Shown here one piece after another: positions 43,377-51,034 of a DNA stretch of 64,000 bases. The stretch lies in NCBI GenBank assembly GCA_963741955.1, contig CAVUKB010000001.1, forward strand, positions 160,001 through 224,000, in the 5' to 3' direction. This DNA comes from an uncultured Acidobacteriota bacterium (GTDB lineage Bacteria > Acidobacteriota > Thermoanaerobaculia > Gp7-AA8). Positions within the stretch are counted from its first letter, which is position 1. Every line of letters begins with the position of its first letter. The position numbers and the translations under genes were made by a program. The notes beneath the pieces are model-generated. The model saw only the letters and a program-made list of their open reading frames with translations. It was not told the DNA's origin and made no database searches.

Positions 43377-43645
43377 CCGCGCTCGCGCAGCTGCATGTCG
43401 CAGTACTGGCGGCGACTTGCGCCCGCGAGGACGGACGTCCTCAGTCGTTCATCGACGTCATCAATATCCTCGCCGCCGCGGATCCGAGCGACATCGCTGC
43501 GGCAGTACTGGTTCTCGAGAGGGCAGGCTTCGTGCGCGTATTCGACCGCGACGGGCGCACTTGGGTGCGGCCGCAACGGACCGCCTGGATCGTGATCGCT
43601 GCGCACCTGAAACTCGCCAGAAGAGGCACGGAGTACGCGGCATGA
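43373..43645 (+). CDS. Phage hypothetical protein (winged-helix-like)
   Basis: ATGA overlaps at both ends; LVLERAGFVR wHTH-like motif. Confidence 0.6.
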   Translation: MTALAQLHVAVLAATCAREDGRPQSFIDVINILAAADPSDIAAAVLVLERAGFVRVFDRDGRTWVRPQRTAWIVIAAHLKLARRGTEYAA

Positions 43646-44040
43646 GCGGGTCCTGGCTCGAGCGTGGAAGCGTCGATCGGGCGCATGCAGTCAGCGTGGT
43701 CAAGATTATCTGGCGCCGTCTCGGCCGGGCCTCTGCGATTTCGATGCACGCGATCCGCCGTCAGACCGGTATCCCGACTCGCGAGATTCAATCGATCGTG
43801 AAATGGCTGGTCGAAGAGCGATCTCTCCCGATCGGCACGTCGCCCGCGCGGCCGTGGGGTTACTACTGGATCTCGACCGAAGACGAGCGACGAAAGGTCC
43901 GAAACCACTTCATCCGGCGCGCTCTCTCGACCCTCGAGCACGCGAAAGCCTATGACCGGGATTCGATCGTGGCCCCGCTGGTCGGACAACTCAAGCTCAT
44001 TTCGGAGGAGGGCGAGCATGAGTCGCAAGAAATACGGTGA
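43642..44040 (+). CDS. Winged-helix DNA-binding phage protein
   Basis: AISMHAIRRQTGIPTREIQSIV..LPIG..GYYWISTEDE. Confidence 0.7.
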   Translation: MSGSWLERGSVDRAHAVSVVKIIWRRLGRASAISMHAIRRQTGIPTREIQSIVKWLVEERSLPIGTSPARPWGYYWISTEDERRKVRNHFIRRALSTLEHAKAYDRDSIVAPLVGQLKLISEEGEHESQEIR

Positions 44041-44713
44041 CCGTGAGCGTCGGATCGCGATCGAGATCTACGAGGCGACCGGAAGCCACTTAAAGGCAGC
44101 AGCGGCCGCCGGAACCTCGCCGTGTTGGGTATATGAGCTCCTGCGCCGGGAGGGCCGCGTGAAGCGTGCGTGGCCAACCTATACCGCGCGGCAAGCGCAT
44201 CGGGCGGTGGAGCTGTATCGCTCTGGTCTAAGCACATCTCTCGTGGCACAAGAGATCGGCGGCGTGTCACGTGAATGGGTGCGCGTGCAGGTCGTGGCTG
44301 CTGGAATCCTTCGTTCGAAATCTCACGCGATGCGGCTGCGTATGGCTAGGGAGAAGGGCCGAGACTACGAGCAGCTGCGGCGAGAGGCTCTCGAGCTCGC
44401 GACAGAGCAATTGATGTCCGTGCGTGCCATCGCAAAGTATCTCAGCGTCTCGACGAACTTCGTGAAACAGGCGATCCCTCGGGAGCTGCGTTGCAATCCG
44501 AAGGACGCAACGCTGCGCCGCAAGTGGCAGGCCTTCCTTCCCGACGTCGAGGCCCGCCGGGAGCGGCGTGAGCGGGTAATTTTGATGCGGCGCGGAGGTG
44601 CGACCTACGCGCGGATCATCGCCGAAACGGGTGTCTGCCAGGCGACCGTCTACCGTTATCTCTCCGAGGCCGGGCTCACCGGCTCGCTGCGCGACCAAAG
44701 GAGGATGAGGTGA
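44018..44713 (+). CDS. Multi-HTH DNA-binding protein
   Basis: GGAGG RBS; four HTH-like segments (AAAAAGTSPCWVY, VAQEIGGVSREWVR, IAKYLSVSTNFVK, IIAETGVCQATVY). Confidence 0.75.
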   Translation: MSRKKYGDRERRIAIEIYEATGSHLKAAAAAGTSPCWVYELLRREGRVKRAWPTYTARQAHRAVELYRSGLSTSLVAQEIGGVSREWVRVQVVAAGILRSKSHAMRLRMAREKGRDYEQLRREALELATEQLMSVRAIAKYLSVSTNFVKQAIPRELRCNPKDATLRRKWQAFLPDVEARRERRERVILMRRGGATYARIIAETGVCQATVYRYLSEAGLTGSLRDQRRMR

Positions 44714-45573
44714 TTACTTCTGCGCAAATTCGCATGCTGCATATCGCCCAGCGGCAGCTCGAGATTCCGCGTGAGCACTACGAGGCGATCATGCTCGAGG
44801 CAGCCGGGGTGACGAGCTCAAAGGCGCTCGACAACGCGGGCTTCGACGCGGTGATCCGGAGGTTCGAGGAACTTGGATTCCGCAACACGGCCCGTCATTC
44901 GCGGCGTCCATATCATCCAGCCGAGCCAATCACTCATGCCCAGCAGCAGTTGATCGAGGGACTCTATCTCGAGCTCGGATGGGACGACCGCGATCGGCAG
45001 ATCGGCTTCAACCGCCGCCAATGCCGGAAATCCTGGCCACAGACCCGCCGCGACGCGAACCGGGTGATCGAAGGACTGAAGGCGATCCGCGCAAGATCGA
45101 GCCGGTCAGCCGGCCTGGGCCTCCTGGAGCTTCTTGTCGTGATCGCGGTGCTTGGGCTTCTTTTATGCGGCGCCGCGGTGGGGAAGGATCGCACGGCCAC
45201 CCCGCCCGCCCGTACCGTCATCCCGTACCTCGAAGCGTCCACTCATCCGTATCTGGCGACTGAATTCTCGGCCATCCGTGACGCCGAGAATTACATCGAG
45301 TTGCTCCCACTCCAGGAGGCGGTTACGGCCGTGATCACGCGGTGGGACGATCCCGACGATACGTCTAACACCTTCATCGTCCTGCACCGGACGAATCCCT
45401 GGCCAGCTCACGCAGCCCGAATCCCCTTGCGTGTTGGGGTATTGGATTTCGATTCCCCTGCCGCCCTGTTTAACACGCGCGAATGGTACGCTATGCAGGG
45501 CTACAAGACCGCGATGGCAACCGGGGTCGGCACGCGCCGTTACCTGCTCGTGATCGACCAGGGACCGCTCTAA
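44710..45573 (+). CDS. GemA (Mu gp16/DUF1018)-like regulator fused to a prepilin-like TM domain
   Basis: QIRMLHIAQRQL..Y..GVTSSKAL..FEELGF..ANRVIEGLKAI, followed in frame by RSSRSAG-LGLLELLVVIAVLGLLL. Confidence 0.78.
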   Translation: MITSAQIRMLHIAQRQLEIPREHYEAIMLEAAGVTSSKALDNAGFDAVIRRFEELGFRNTARHSRRPYHPAEPITHAQQQLIEGLYLELGWDDRDRQIGFNRRQCRKSWPQTRRDANRVIEGLKAIRARSSRSAGLGLLELLVVIAVLGLLLCGAAVGKDRTATPPARTVIPYLEASTHPYLATEFSAIRDAENYIELLPLQEAVTAVITRWDDPDDTSNTFIVLHRTNPWPAHAARIPLRVGVLDFDSPAALFNTREWYAMQGYKTAMATGVGTRRYLLVIDQGPL

Positions 45574-45703
45574 GGAGCGGTCACCGATCGCCGCCGGTAG
45601 TGCTCGGGCCGCCTGCTGGCATCGTGATCCCTCCGGCCTCTCTTCTTCGTCGACGTTTACTGTAGATTCACCCCTGTTTTTGCACAATTCCTTGTGCACT
45701 TTC

Positions 45704-45830
45704 ATGTCCGCTGATCAGTGCACAGCGATCGGGAGCTCGCCAGGGGTATCCTCTTGAGGCGCGGTAGTTTGCGCCGATGTCCGCTGATCGGACGCGCTTG
45801 CGCGAAAAGCCCGCAAAATGTCCGCTGATC
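45704..45830 (+). repeat. Three 13-bp direct repeats ATGTCCGCTGATC near the element end
   Basis: Exact copies at 45704, 45777 and 45818; palindrome TGCACAA-TTCC-TTGTGCA at 45681-45698. Confidence 0.75.
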
Positions 45831-45946
45831 GGCCCCGGATGATGACGGTAGGTGAGGCGTAGATGGGGCTTAATTGTCGGGTCTAGCGCGACTTACGGTC
45901 TCCATTAGGCGGGTTCGGCGATGCCTCGGGTCCGGCCGTCGCCCGT

Positions 45947-46093
45947 TTTGCGTTTCGTTTGGCAGAAAGATCGTCGGCGCGCGTCGGCGCGCGGCGTAAC
46001 CGCTGAACGTGGCTGAGGTTACGACGAGCGGCGATCCGTCCCGCCATGTCCCCTGTTATCCCGGCGTTTTGCCAAACCATCCGCAAACTCACA
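45947..46093. promoter_or_regulatory. Element end with putative transposase-binding sites
   Basis: TTTGCGTTTCGTTTGGCAGAAA at 45947-45968; terminal inverted site (reverse complement TTTGCGGATGGTTTGGCAAAAC) at 46066-46087, then CTCACA. Confidence 0.8.
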
Positions 46094-46230
46094 TTAGGCT
46101 TCGACTTTCGGGGTTGCCCCTCACCCTTCCCTCTCCCCGAATGTCGTTCCTCGGCTGAAGACATGACCCCGGACGGGGGGAGGGTGCGTCCCGCCGAGCG
46201 GCGCGGTCATCGCGTTGGCGGCTCGGCGAA
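46094..46230. repeat. Right part of the CCCTCACCC..GGGAGAGGG repeat cluster
   Basis: 46102-46230 is nearly identical to 28262-28390. Confidence 0.85.
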
Positions 46231-46333
46231 CGCGCCGAGTCACAGGAGCCGTGCGAAACCGAGTGCCGCTCCCCTGACGGGCCCGGCTGAACGAGGTGGC
46301 GTCCTTCGGTCTTCCGCGAGTCATCAGGCTCTT

Positions 46334-46560
46334 CAAATCGCGCAAATGAGATCGCTCTCGAAGCCGCTGCTCGCTCCGTCACCGCGATCGTTTTCATGGA
46401 AGACGCCAGAACGGGCTATGGCAAATCGCGCAAATGAAATCGCTCTCGAAGCCGCGAATCGCTCCGTTACCGGCGATCGTTCTCAGAGAAGACGCCCGAA
46501 CGAGCTATGGCAAATCGCCCCAATGAGATCGCTCACCAAGCCGCTGCTCGCTCCGTCACC
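46334..46560 (+). repeat. ~88-bp tandem repeat (2.6 copies)
   Basis: CAAATCGCGCAAATGAGATCGCTCTCGAAGCCGC.. at ~46334, 46422, 46511. Confidence 0.75.
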
Positions 46561-46674
46561 TCTCAGATCCACGATCCACGATCCTCGATCCGCGATGCTT
46601 TTCGTTTCATCTCCGTGACCGTCGCGCCGTTTCCTCCGCGGTATGGTGAAGATTCAATCGAAAAGGAGGATGCG

Positions 46675-47568
46675 ATGCGGCACGCCGGACCATGGGCGCT
46701 CGTGGCCGCCGTCGCGCTGACGATCTCGATCGTCGCCGCGCCGGCACAATCGGAGACGGCATCGGATCAGGCCGCGAGGCTGATCCAGACCCGCGACTGG
46801 AAGAACATCGAGCCGCAGCTCGAGCGCATCACGCGCGAGCATCCCGACGATGCGGAAGCGTGGTACGGACTCGGGCGATCGCTCCAGGAGATCGGAAAAT
46901 ATCGCGAGGCTCTCGTGCCGCTGACGAAGGCGCTGGAGCTCGGATACCGACCCGCGTTCATGCAACTCCTCCTCGCCCGCTCCTACGCCGCACTCGGCGA
47001 CGCGAGAGCCGTCGCGAGCCGGCTCGAGAAATCGAATGCGGCGGGATTCCCGGTGTGGGTCGTGGCGAAACAGTTCCCTGAATTCGAGCCGCAGGAGGCG
47101 GCGCTCGAAGCGTTCCGTCCCTGCTCCACCGCCGAGTACCGCCAGTTCGACTTCTGGATCGGAGAGTGGGACGTCTACAACCCCGCCGGGCAGCAGGTCG
47201 GATCGAGCCGCATCACGCCGATCAACGACGGTTGTGCCATTCGGGAGGAATGGACCAGCGCAACGGGGACGACCGGCAGCAGTTTCAACTTCTACGACCC
47301 GCGCACGAAGAAGTGGAACCAGTTCTGGGTCGGTAGCGGCGCCCCTCTCTCCCTCGACGACGAAGGAAACGCCGCGGTGATCACCGGAGGGCTGCGGAAC
47401 GGAAGCATGATCCTCTCGTCCAACGGCCGCGTCTCCCCGATGAACCGCATCACCTGGACGCCTCTCGACGGGGGTGCGGTACGCCAGCTCTGGGAACAGT
47501 CGAAAGACGACGGAAAGACGTGGAGCACCGCGTTCGACGGAAAGTACGTTCCGAAGAAGAAGCCCTGA
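46675..47568 (+). CDS. Secreted TPR-repeat protein with a C-terminal FDFWIGEW beta-barrel domain
   Basis: AGGAGG RBS and signal peptide; PDDAEAWYGLG TPR; CSTAEYRQFDFWIGEWDV; SKDDGKTW. Confidence 0.8.
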   Translation: MRHAGPWALVAAVALTISIVAAPAQSETASDQAARLIQTRDWKNIEPQLERITREHPDDAEAWYGLGRSLQEIGKYREALVPLTKALELGYRPAFMQLLLARSYAALGDARAVASRLEKSNAAGFPVWVVAKQFPEFEPQEAALEAFRPCSTAEYRQFDFWIGEWDVYNPAGQQVGSSRITPINDGCAIREEWTSATGTTGSSFNFYDPRTKKWNQFWVGSGAPLSLDDEGNAAVITGGLRNGSMILSSNGRVSPMNRITWTPLDGGAVRQLWEQSKDDGKTWSTAFDGKYVPKKKP

Positions 47569-47569
47569 C

Positions 47570-47752
47570 GTGGATCGAGGATCTGAAAGGCATCGAGGAT
47601 CGAGGATCGAGGATCGAGGATCGTGGATTGAGGATCGTGGATTGAGGATCGTGGATCGTGGATCGAGGATCGTGGATCTGAAAAGCATCGAGGATTGTGG
47701 ATCGAGGCTCGAGCCTCGAGCCTCGAGCCTCGACTCTCGAGCCCCGATCCTC
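47570..47752 (+). repeat. Heptamer tandem repeats (GGATCGA/GGATCGT; GAGCCTC)
   Basis: More than 15 consecutive degenerate 7-mers; intergenic. Confidence 0.85.
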
Positions 47753-47852
47753 GCCGGAAACAGCTTCGCACAGCGTTGACGAGTCCGCTGGTTCACACGG
47801 CCGCGGAACGTGGTAACGTCTCCCCGCGCCAGCGGGCGCCGGAGGGAAACCC

Positions 47853-48878
47853 TTGCTGCGAAAGCCTGCCATTCTGATCACCGGCGCGAGCGGAGAGATC
47901 GGCCACGGCCTGATCACGCGACTCGCCGAGGCGGGAGACCGTCCCGTCATCACCCTCGACCTCAAGCCGCTCGAGCCCGAGCTCGGACGACTCGTCGCGC
48001 ACGAGTTCGCCGGCTCGATTCTCGATCCGAATCTGCTCGAGCGGATTCTCTCGGAGTACCAGGTGGAGATGGTCTTCCACCTCGCCGCTCTCCTCTCCAC
48101 CCGAAGCGAGTTCACACCGGTGACCGCGCATCAGGTGAACGTCGAGGGGACGATGAATCTCCTCGAGTTCGCACAGAAACAGGGAGAGTCTCACGGCCGT
48201 CCGGTGGTCTTTCTCTACCCCTCGTCGATCGCGGCGTACGGGATGCCCGACCTCGAGACGAAGAAACGCGTCGGCCGCGTTCGCGAGGACGAGTTCAACA
48301 CGCCGACCACGATGTACGGCTGCAACAAGCTGTATTGCGAGATGCTCGGCCGCTATTACGCGCGTTTCTACAAGCAGCTCTCGGCGGACTCCCTCGCGGG
48401 ACGGGTCGACTTCCGCTCGATCCGCTTCCCCGGCCTCATCTCCGCAGTGACGGTCCCGTCGGGAGGGACGTCCGACTTCGCGCCGGAGATGCTGCATGCC
48501 GCCGCAGAGGGAAAGCCGTACGCCTGCTTCGTCCGGCCGGACACGCGGATTCCCTTCATGGCGATGCCGGACGGCGTCGCTGCCCTTCTCGCGCTCGCCG
48601 CCGCGCCGAGCGAGCGTCTCACTCGGACGTCGTACAACATCGCGGCGTTCAATCCGTCCGCCGCGGAGATTCAGGAGATCGTCGAGCGCGCATTTCCGGG
48701 GCCGCAGATCACGACGAAGGTGGACGAGAAGCGACAGGGGATTCTCGACTCCTGGCCGGAAGACGTCGACGACTCGGCGGCGCGCCACGACTGGAACTTC
48801 GCGCCGCAGCTCGGGCTCGAAGCAGCGTTCAACGATTACCTGATCCCACGAATCCGCGAGAGATACGGCGCCGCCTGA
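47853..48878 (+). CDS. NAD-dependent epimerase/L-threonine 3-dehydrogenase-like SDR
   Basis: ITGASGEIG, HLAALLS, PSSIAAYG, MYGCNK, GGTSD, DSWP. Confidence 0.88.
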   Translation: MLRKPAILITGASGEIGHGLITRLAEAGDRPVITLDLKPLEPELGRLVAHEFAGSILDPNLLERILSEYQVEMVFHLAALLSTRSEFTPVTAHQVNVEGTMNLLEFAQKQGESHGRPVVFLYPSSIAAYGMPDLETKKRVGRVREDEFNTPTTMYGCNKLYCEMLGRYYARFYKQLSADSLAGRVDFRSIRFPGLISAVTVPSGGTSDFAPEMLHAAAEGKPYACFVRPDTRIPFMAMPDGVAALLALAAAPSERLTRTSYNIAAFNPSAAEIQEIVERAFPGPQITTKVDEKRQGILDSWPEDVDDSAARHDWNFAPQLGLEAAFNDYLIPRIRERYGAA

Positions 48879-48889
48879 AAGGCGATCCG

Positions 48890-48924
48890 AAAAAAAAGCG
48901 GTCCGGCGGGGGCTGCCGGACCGC
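48890..48924 (-). terminator. Rho-independent terminator
   Basis: GCGGTCCGGC/GCCGGACCGC stem with an A-run on the + strand (T-run on -), just downstream of the 63-aa peptide gene. Confidence 0.75.
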
Positions 48925-48943
48925 ATGGACCGAATTGGAGGAG

Positions 48944-49135
48944 CTACTTGCCGAGGGTCGGGATCTCGGTGAGGTTCGGGAGCTGTTGCGGCTCCTGGAC
49001 CGCGGGAAGCGACGTCAGGGATGACGGCTTGAACGGTTGATTGAGCCCGATCAGAACGCCGCCACTCACGTCTTCGAGCTCGGCCTGTTCGAGCTCGTGT
49101 TCTTTCGTGGTTTCGGGGGTTTTCTCGTCTTCCAT
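48944..49135 (-). CDS. Double-glycine-leader peptide (RiPP/bacteriocin-type precursor)
   Basis: AAGGAG RBS; leader ..ELEQAELEDVSGG; 37-aa core; own terminator. Confidence 0.7.
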   Translation of the reverse strand: MEDEKTPETTKEHELEQAELEDVSGGVLIGLNQPFKPSSLTSLPAVQEPQQLPNLTEIPTLGK

Positions 49136-49199
49136 GTGTTTCTCCTTCCCGTCCGTACTGCAGACAGATTCGAATATCGGCCCATCCCGGAGGAGCGAG

Positions 49200-49215
49200 C
49201 GTGATTCAGATCACG
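49200..49215. promoter_or_regulatory. CRP/FNR-family-like palindrome
   Basis: CGTGA-TTCAGA-TCACG, 65-80 bp upstream of the peptide gene. Confidence 0.45.
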
Positions 49216-49476
49216 GAATGACGATTTTCCGGGATTTTCCGGGCAGCCTCGGGTTTTCGGCGACTCTCGTGTTTCTGGCGATGGGGCGCCGCGGCCGGCA
49301 CGGCGGGAGCCGTGCCGCTCCTCGGGAGGCGGGTTGCTGGCGACGTGTTGCTGCGCGGATTCCGCGACGGGTTGGTGCGGGTAGGCGGGAGGGGTCAGAT
49401 CTTCACTAATGCTCTCGTGTTGCTGGCGGCGGGAGCCGTGCCGCTCCTCGTGATGTCGGTTGTGCGGCGCGCGGGG

Positions 49477-50334
49477 TCAGGCCTTTACTAGAGGGTCCAG
49501 CTTCTCGATGACATCGGCGAGGCGCCGCGCGGTCTGCCCCAGCTGGTGGAGTTGCGAAGAGCGGAGATGTCCCGGGCGGGCGAAGTGAGTGGAGAGAACG
49601 CCGACGCAGCGGTCGCTGCTGGTGACGAGCGGTGTCGACTGCACGGACCGGAATCCGGAGGAGGCGGCGATTGCGCGGTGCTCGGCAAACTCCGGATCGG
49701 ACTCGACGTCGTCGATCAGAATCGTGCTCCCGTTGCGAAGCGCGCGGCCGCATGCCGACCCGTCGAACGCGCTCACGCTCTTGAAGTGCTCGAGGAAATC
49801 GCGGCCGAAACCGCGCTGCGCGATGATCCGTAACGAGTGGTCGCGCGGGTCGAGGATCTGAACGTTCCCGAGCGTGGTCCGGTGGAGGGAGATGGTCCGA
49901 TCGAGCATCCCGTAGATCTGCCGCCGCGGCTCGTATGGCACCCGGAGCGCGCCGTCGCCGTTCGATCCGCCATTCACGCAGGCCCGGACCGACTCGAAAA
50001 GCTCCTCCAGATCGAACGGCTTCGGAAGGACGTCGAACACCGATCGTGGATCGAGATTCTTCCTCGCGCGAGGCGAGAGCCCGGTGACCACGAGGACTCG
50101 CGAGCCGATGTTCCCGTCGTGGCGCTGCATTTCCGCGAGGAGATCGAGCCCTCCTTTCCCTGGAAGCGCGAGGTCGAGGAGCACTGCGTCGTAGCGGAGC
50201 TCCCGCGAGAAAAGCGAGAGTGCCGCCCGGGCATCGGCCGCTTCATGGACTACGTAACCCTCGCGAGCAAGGGCGACATTCAGAAGCTGCCTGGTCGCAT
50301 GGTCGTCTTCGACGACGAGCAGATGGTGTGTCAT
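49477..50334 (-). CDS. Response regulator receiver + GAF domain protein
   Basis: LVVEDD, LLDLALP, KPFD; GNVQI..AQRGF..SACGRAL..VQSTPL..GVLSTH. Confidence 0.85.
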   Translation of the reverse strand: MTHHLLVVEDDHATRQLLNVALAREGYVVHEAADARAALSLFSRELRYDAVLLDLALPGKGGLDLLAEMQRHDGNIGSRVLVVTGLSPRARKNLDPRSVFDVLPKPFDLEELFESVRACVNGGSNGDGALRVPYEPRRQIYGMLDRTISLHRTTLGNVQILDPRDHSLRIIAQRGFGRDFLEHFKSVSAFDGSACGRALRNGSTILIDDVESDPEFAEHRAIAASSGFRSVQSTPLVTSSDRCVGVLSTHFARPGHLRSSQLHQLGQTARRLADVIEKLDPLVKA

Positions 50335-50462
50335 GGATTCTTATTAGGATACATCAACGCGAGCCCATTCGTGGTCGGATGGGGCATTTCCCCGATCCGG
50401 CGGGCTCGACATTCAGGGCTTTTTCCTACGCTCTCGCCCCGCCAGCGTTGATTGAAGCGCCG

Positions 50463-50497
50463 GTGGATATTTGTGGACAAAAGTGGGATTAGGTGGT
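50463..50497 (+). promoter_or_regulatory. MraZ-binding direct repeats (dcw promoter)
   Basis: GTGG at 50463, 50473, 50483, 50493 (exact 10-bp period) upstream of mraZ. Confidence 0.75.
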
Positions 50498-50551
50498 AGC
50501 TTCTTCGGGAAATCGAAGGGAAATGGCGGATACGTGGAACTGACGGAGCTG

Positions 50552-50986
50552 ATGGGGCATGCCCCGGCGAAAGTCGACGAGAAGGGTCGGATCAAGATCC
50601 CGACCTCGTTCCGTCGCGTCGTCGAGGAGCGCTACGGCCCGGACTGTTTCATCACGTCCATCGATGGAGAGAAGGGGTTGATCTATCCCCTTCCCGTCTG
50701 GCGCGAGTTCCAGGCGCGTCTGGCGAGGGTGCCATCCACCTCCCTCGCGAAGACGAAGCTCCTCGAGCGGGTCAATTACTTCGGCCAGCTCTCGACCATG
50801 GATACTCAGGGGCGCCTCCTGGTTCCCGCGGTCCTGCGGAATGTCGTCGGGATCTCGGAAGACGTGGTGGTGCTCGGACAGGAAGATCACCTGATCGTCT
50901 GGAACGACGAGAAGTTCAGGCAGCGGTTGACCCAGACGCCGTTGACGCCGGAAGAGATGAAGGAGCTGGAGCTCCACGGCGTGTAG
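50552..50986 (+). CDS. mraZ: Transcriptional regulator MraZ (start may be GTG 50534)
   Basis: VDEKGRIKIP and MDTQGRLLVP repeats; first gene of the dcw cluster. Confidence 0.93.
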   Translation: MGHAPAKVDEKGRIKIPTSFRRVVEERYGPDCFITSIDGEKGLIYPLPVWREFQARLARVPSTSLAKTKLLERVNYFGQLSTMDTQGRLLVPAVLRNVVGISEDVVVLGQEDHLIVWNDEKFRQRLTQTPLTPEEMKELELHGV

Positions 50987-51034
50987 TGATCCGTCGGGGC
51001 CCGATCCGGCCCGGACGGGCGGAGCGCGGAGCCG

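Larger units (their letters stand above)
28951..46093. mobile_element. Defective/non-autonomous Mu-like transposable prophage (17,143 bp)
   Basis: TGTGAG...CTCACA termini; direct repeat TTAGG at 28946-28950 and 46094-46098; Mu-type genes (GemA, gp27/DUF3486, DUF935 portal, MuF, protease I). Confidence 0.92.

Noticed and set aside
28951-46093. Gene transfer agent, tailocin or classical phage satellite
   Set aside because: No capsid, tube or sheath, integrase or primase; truncated ORFs at two junctions and Mu-type ends fit a deleted transposable prophage better.
49300-49470. Duplicated GGCGGGAGCCGTGCCGCTCCTCG hairpin
   Set aside because: Only two copies; probably a minor REP-like repeat with no further support.
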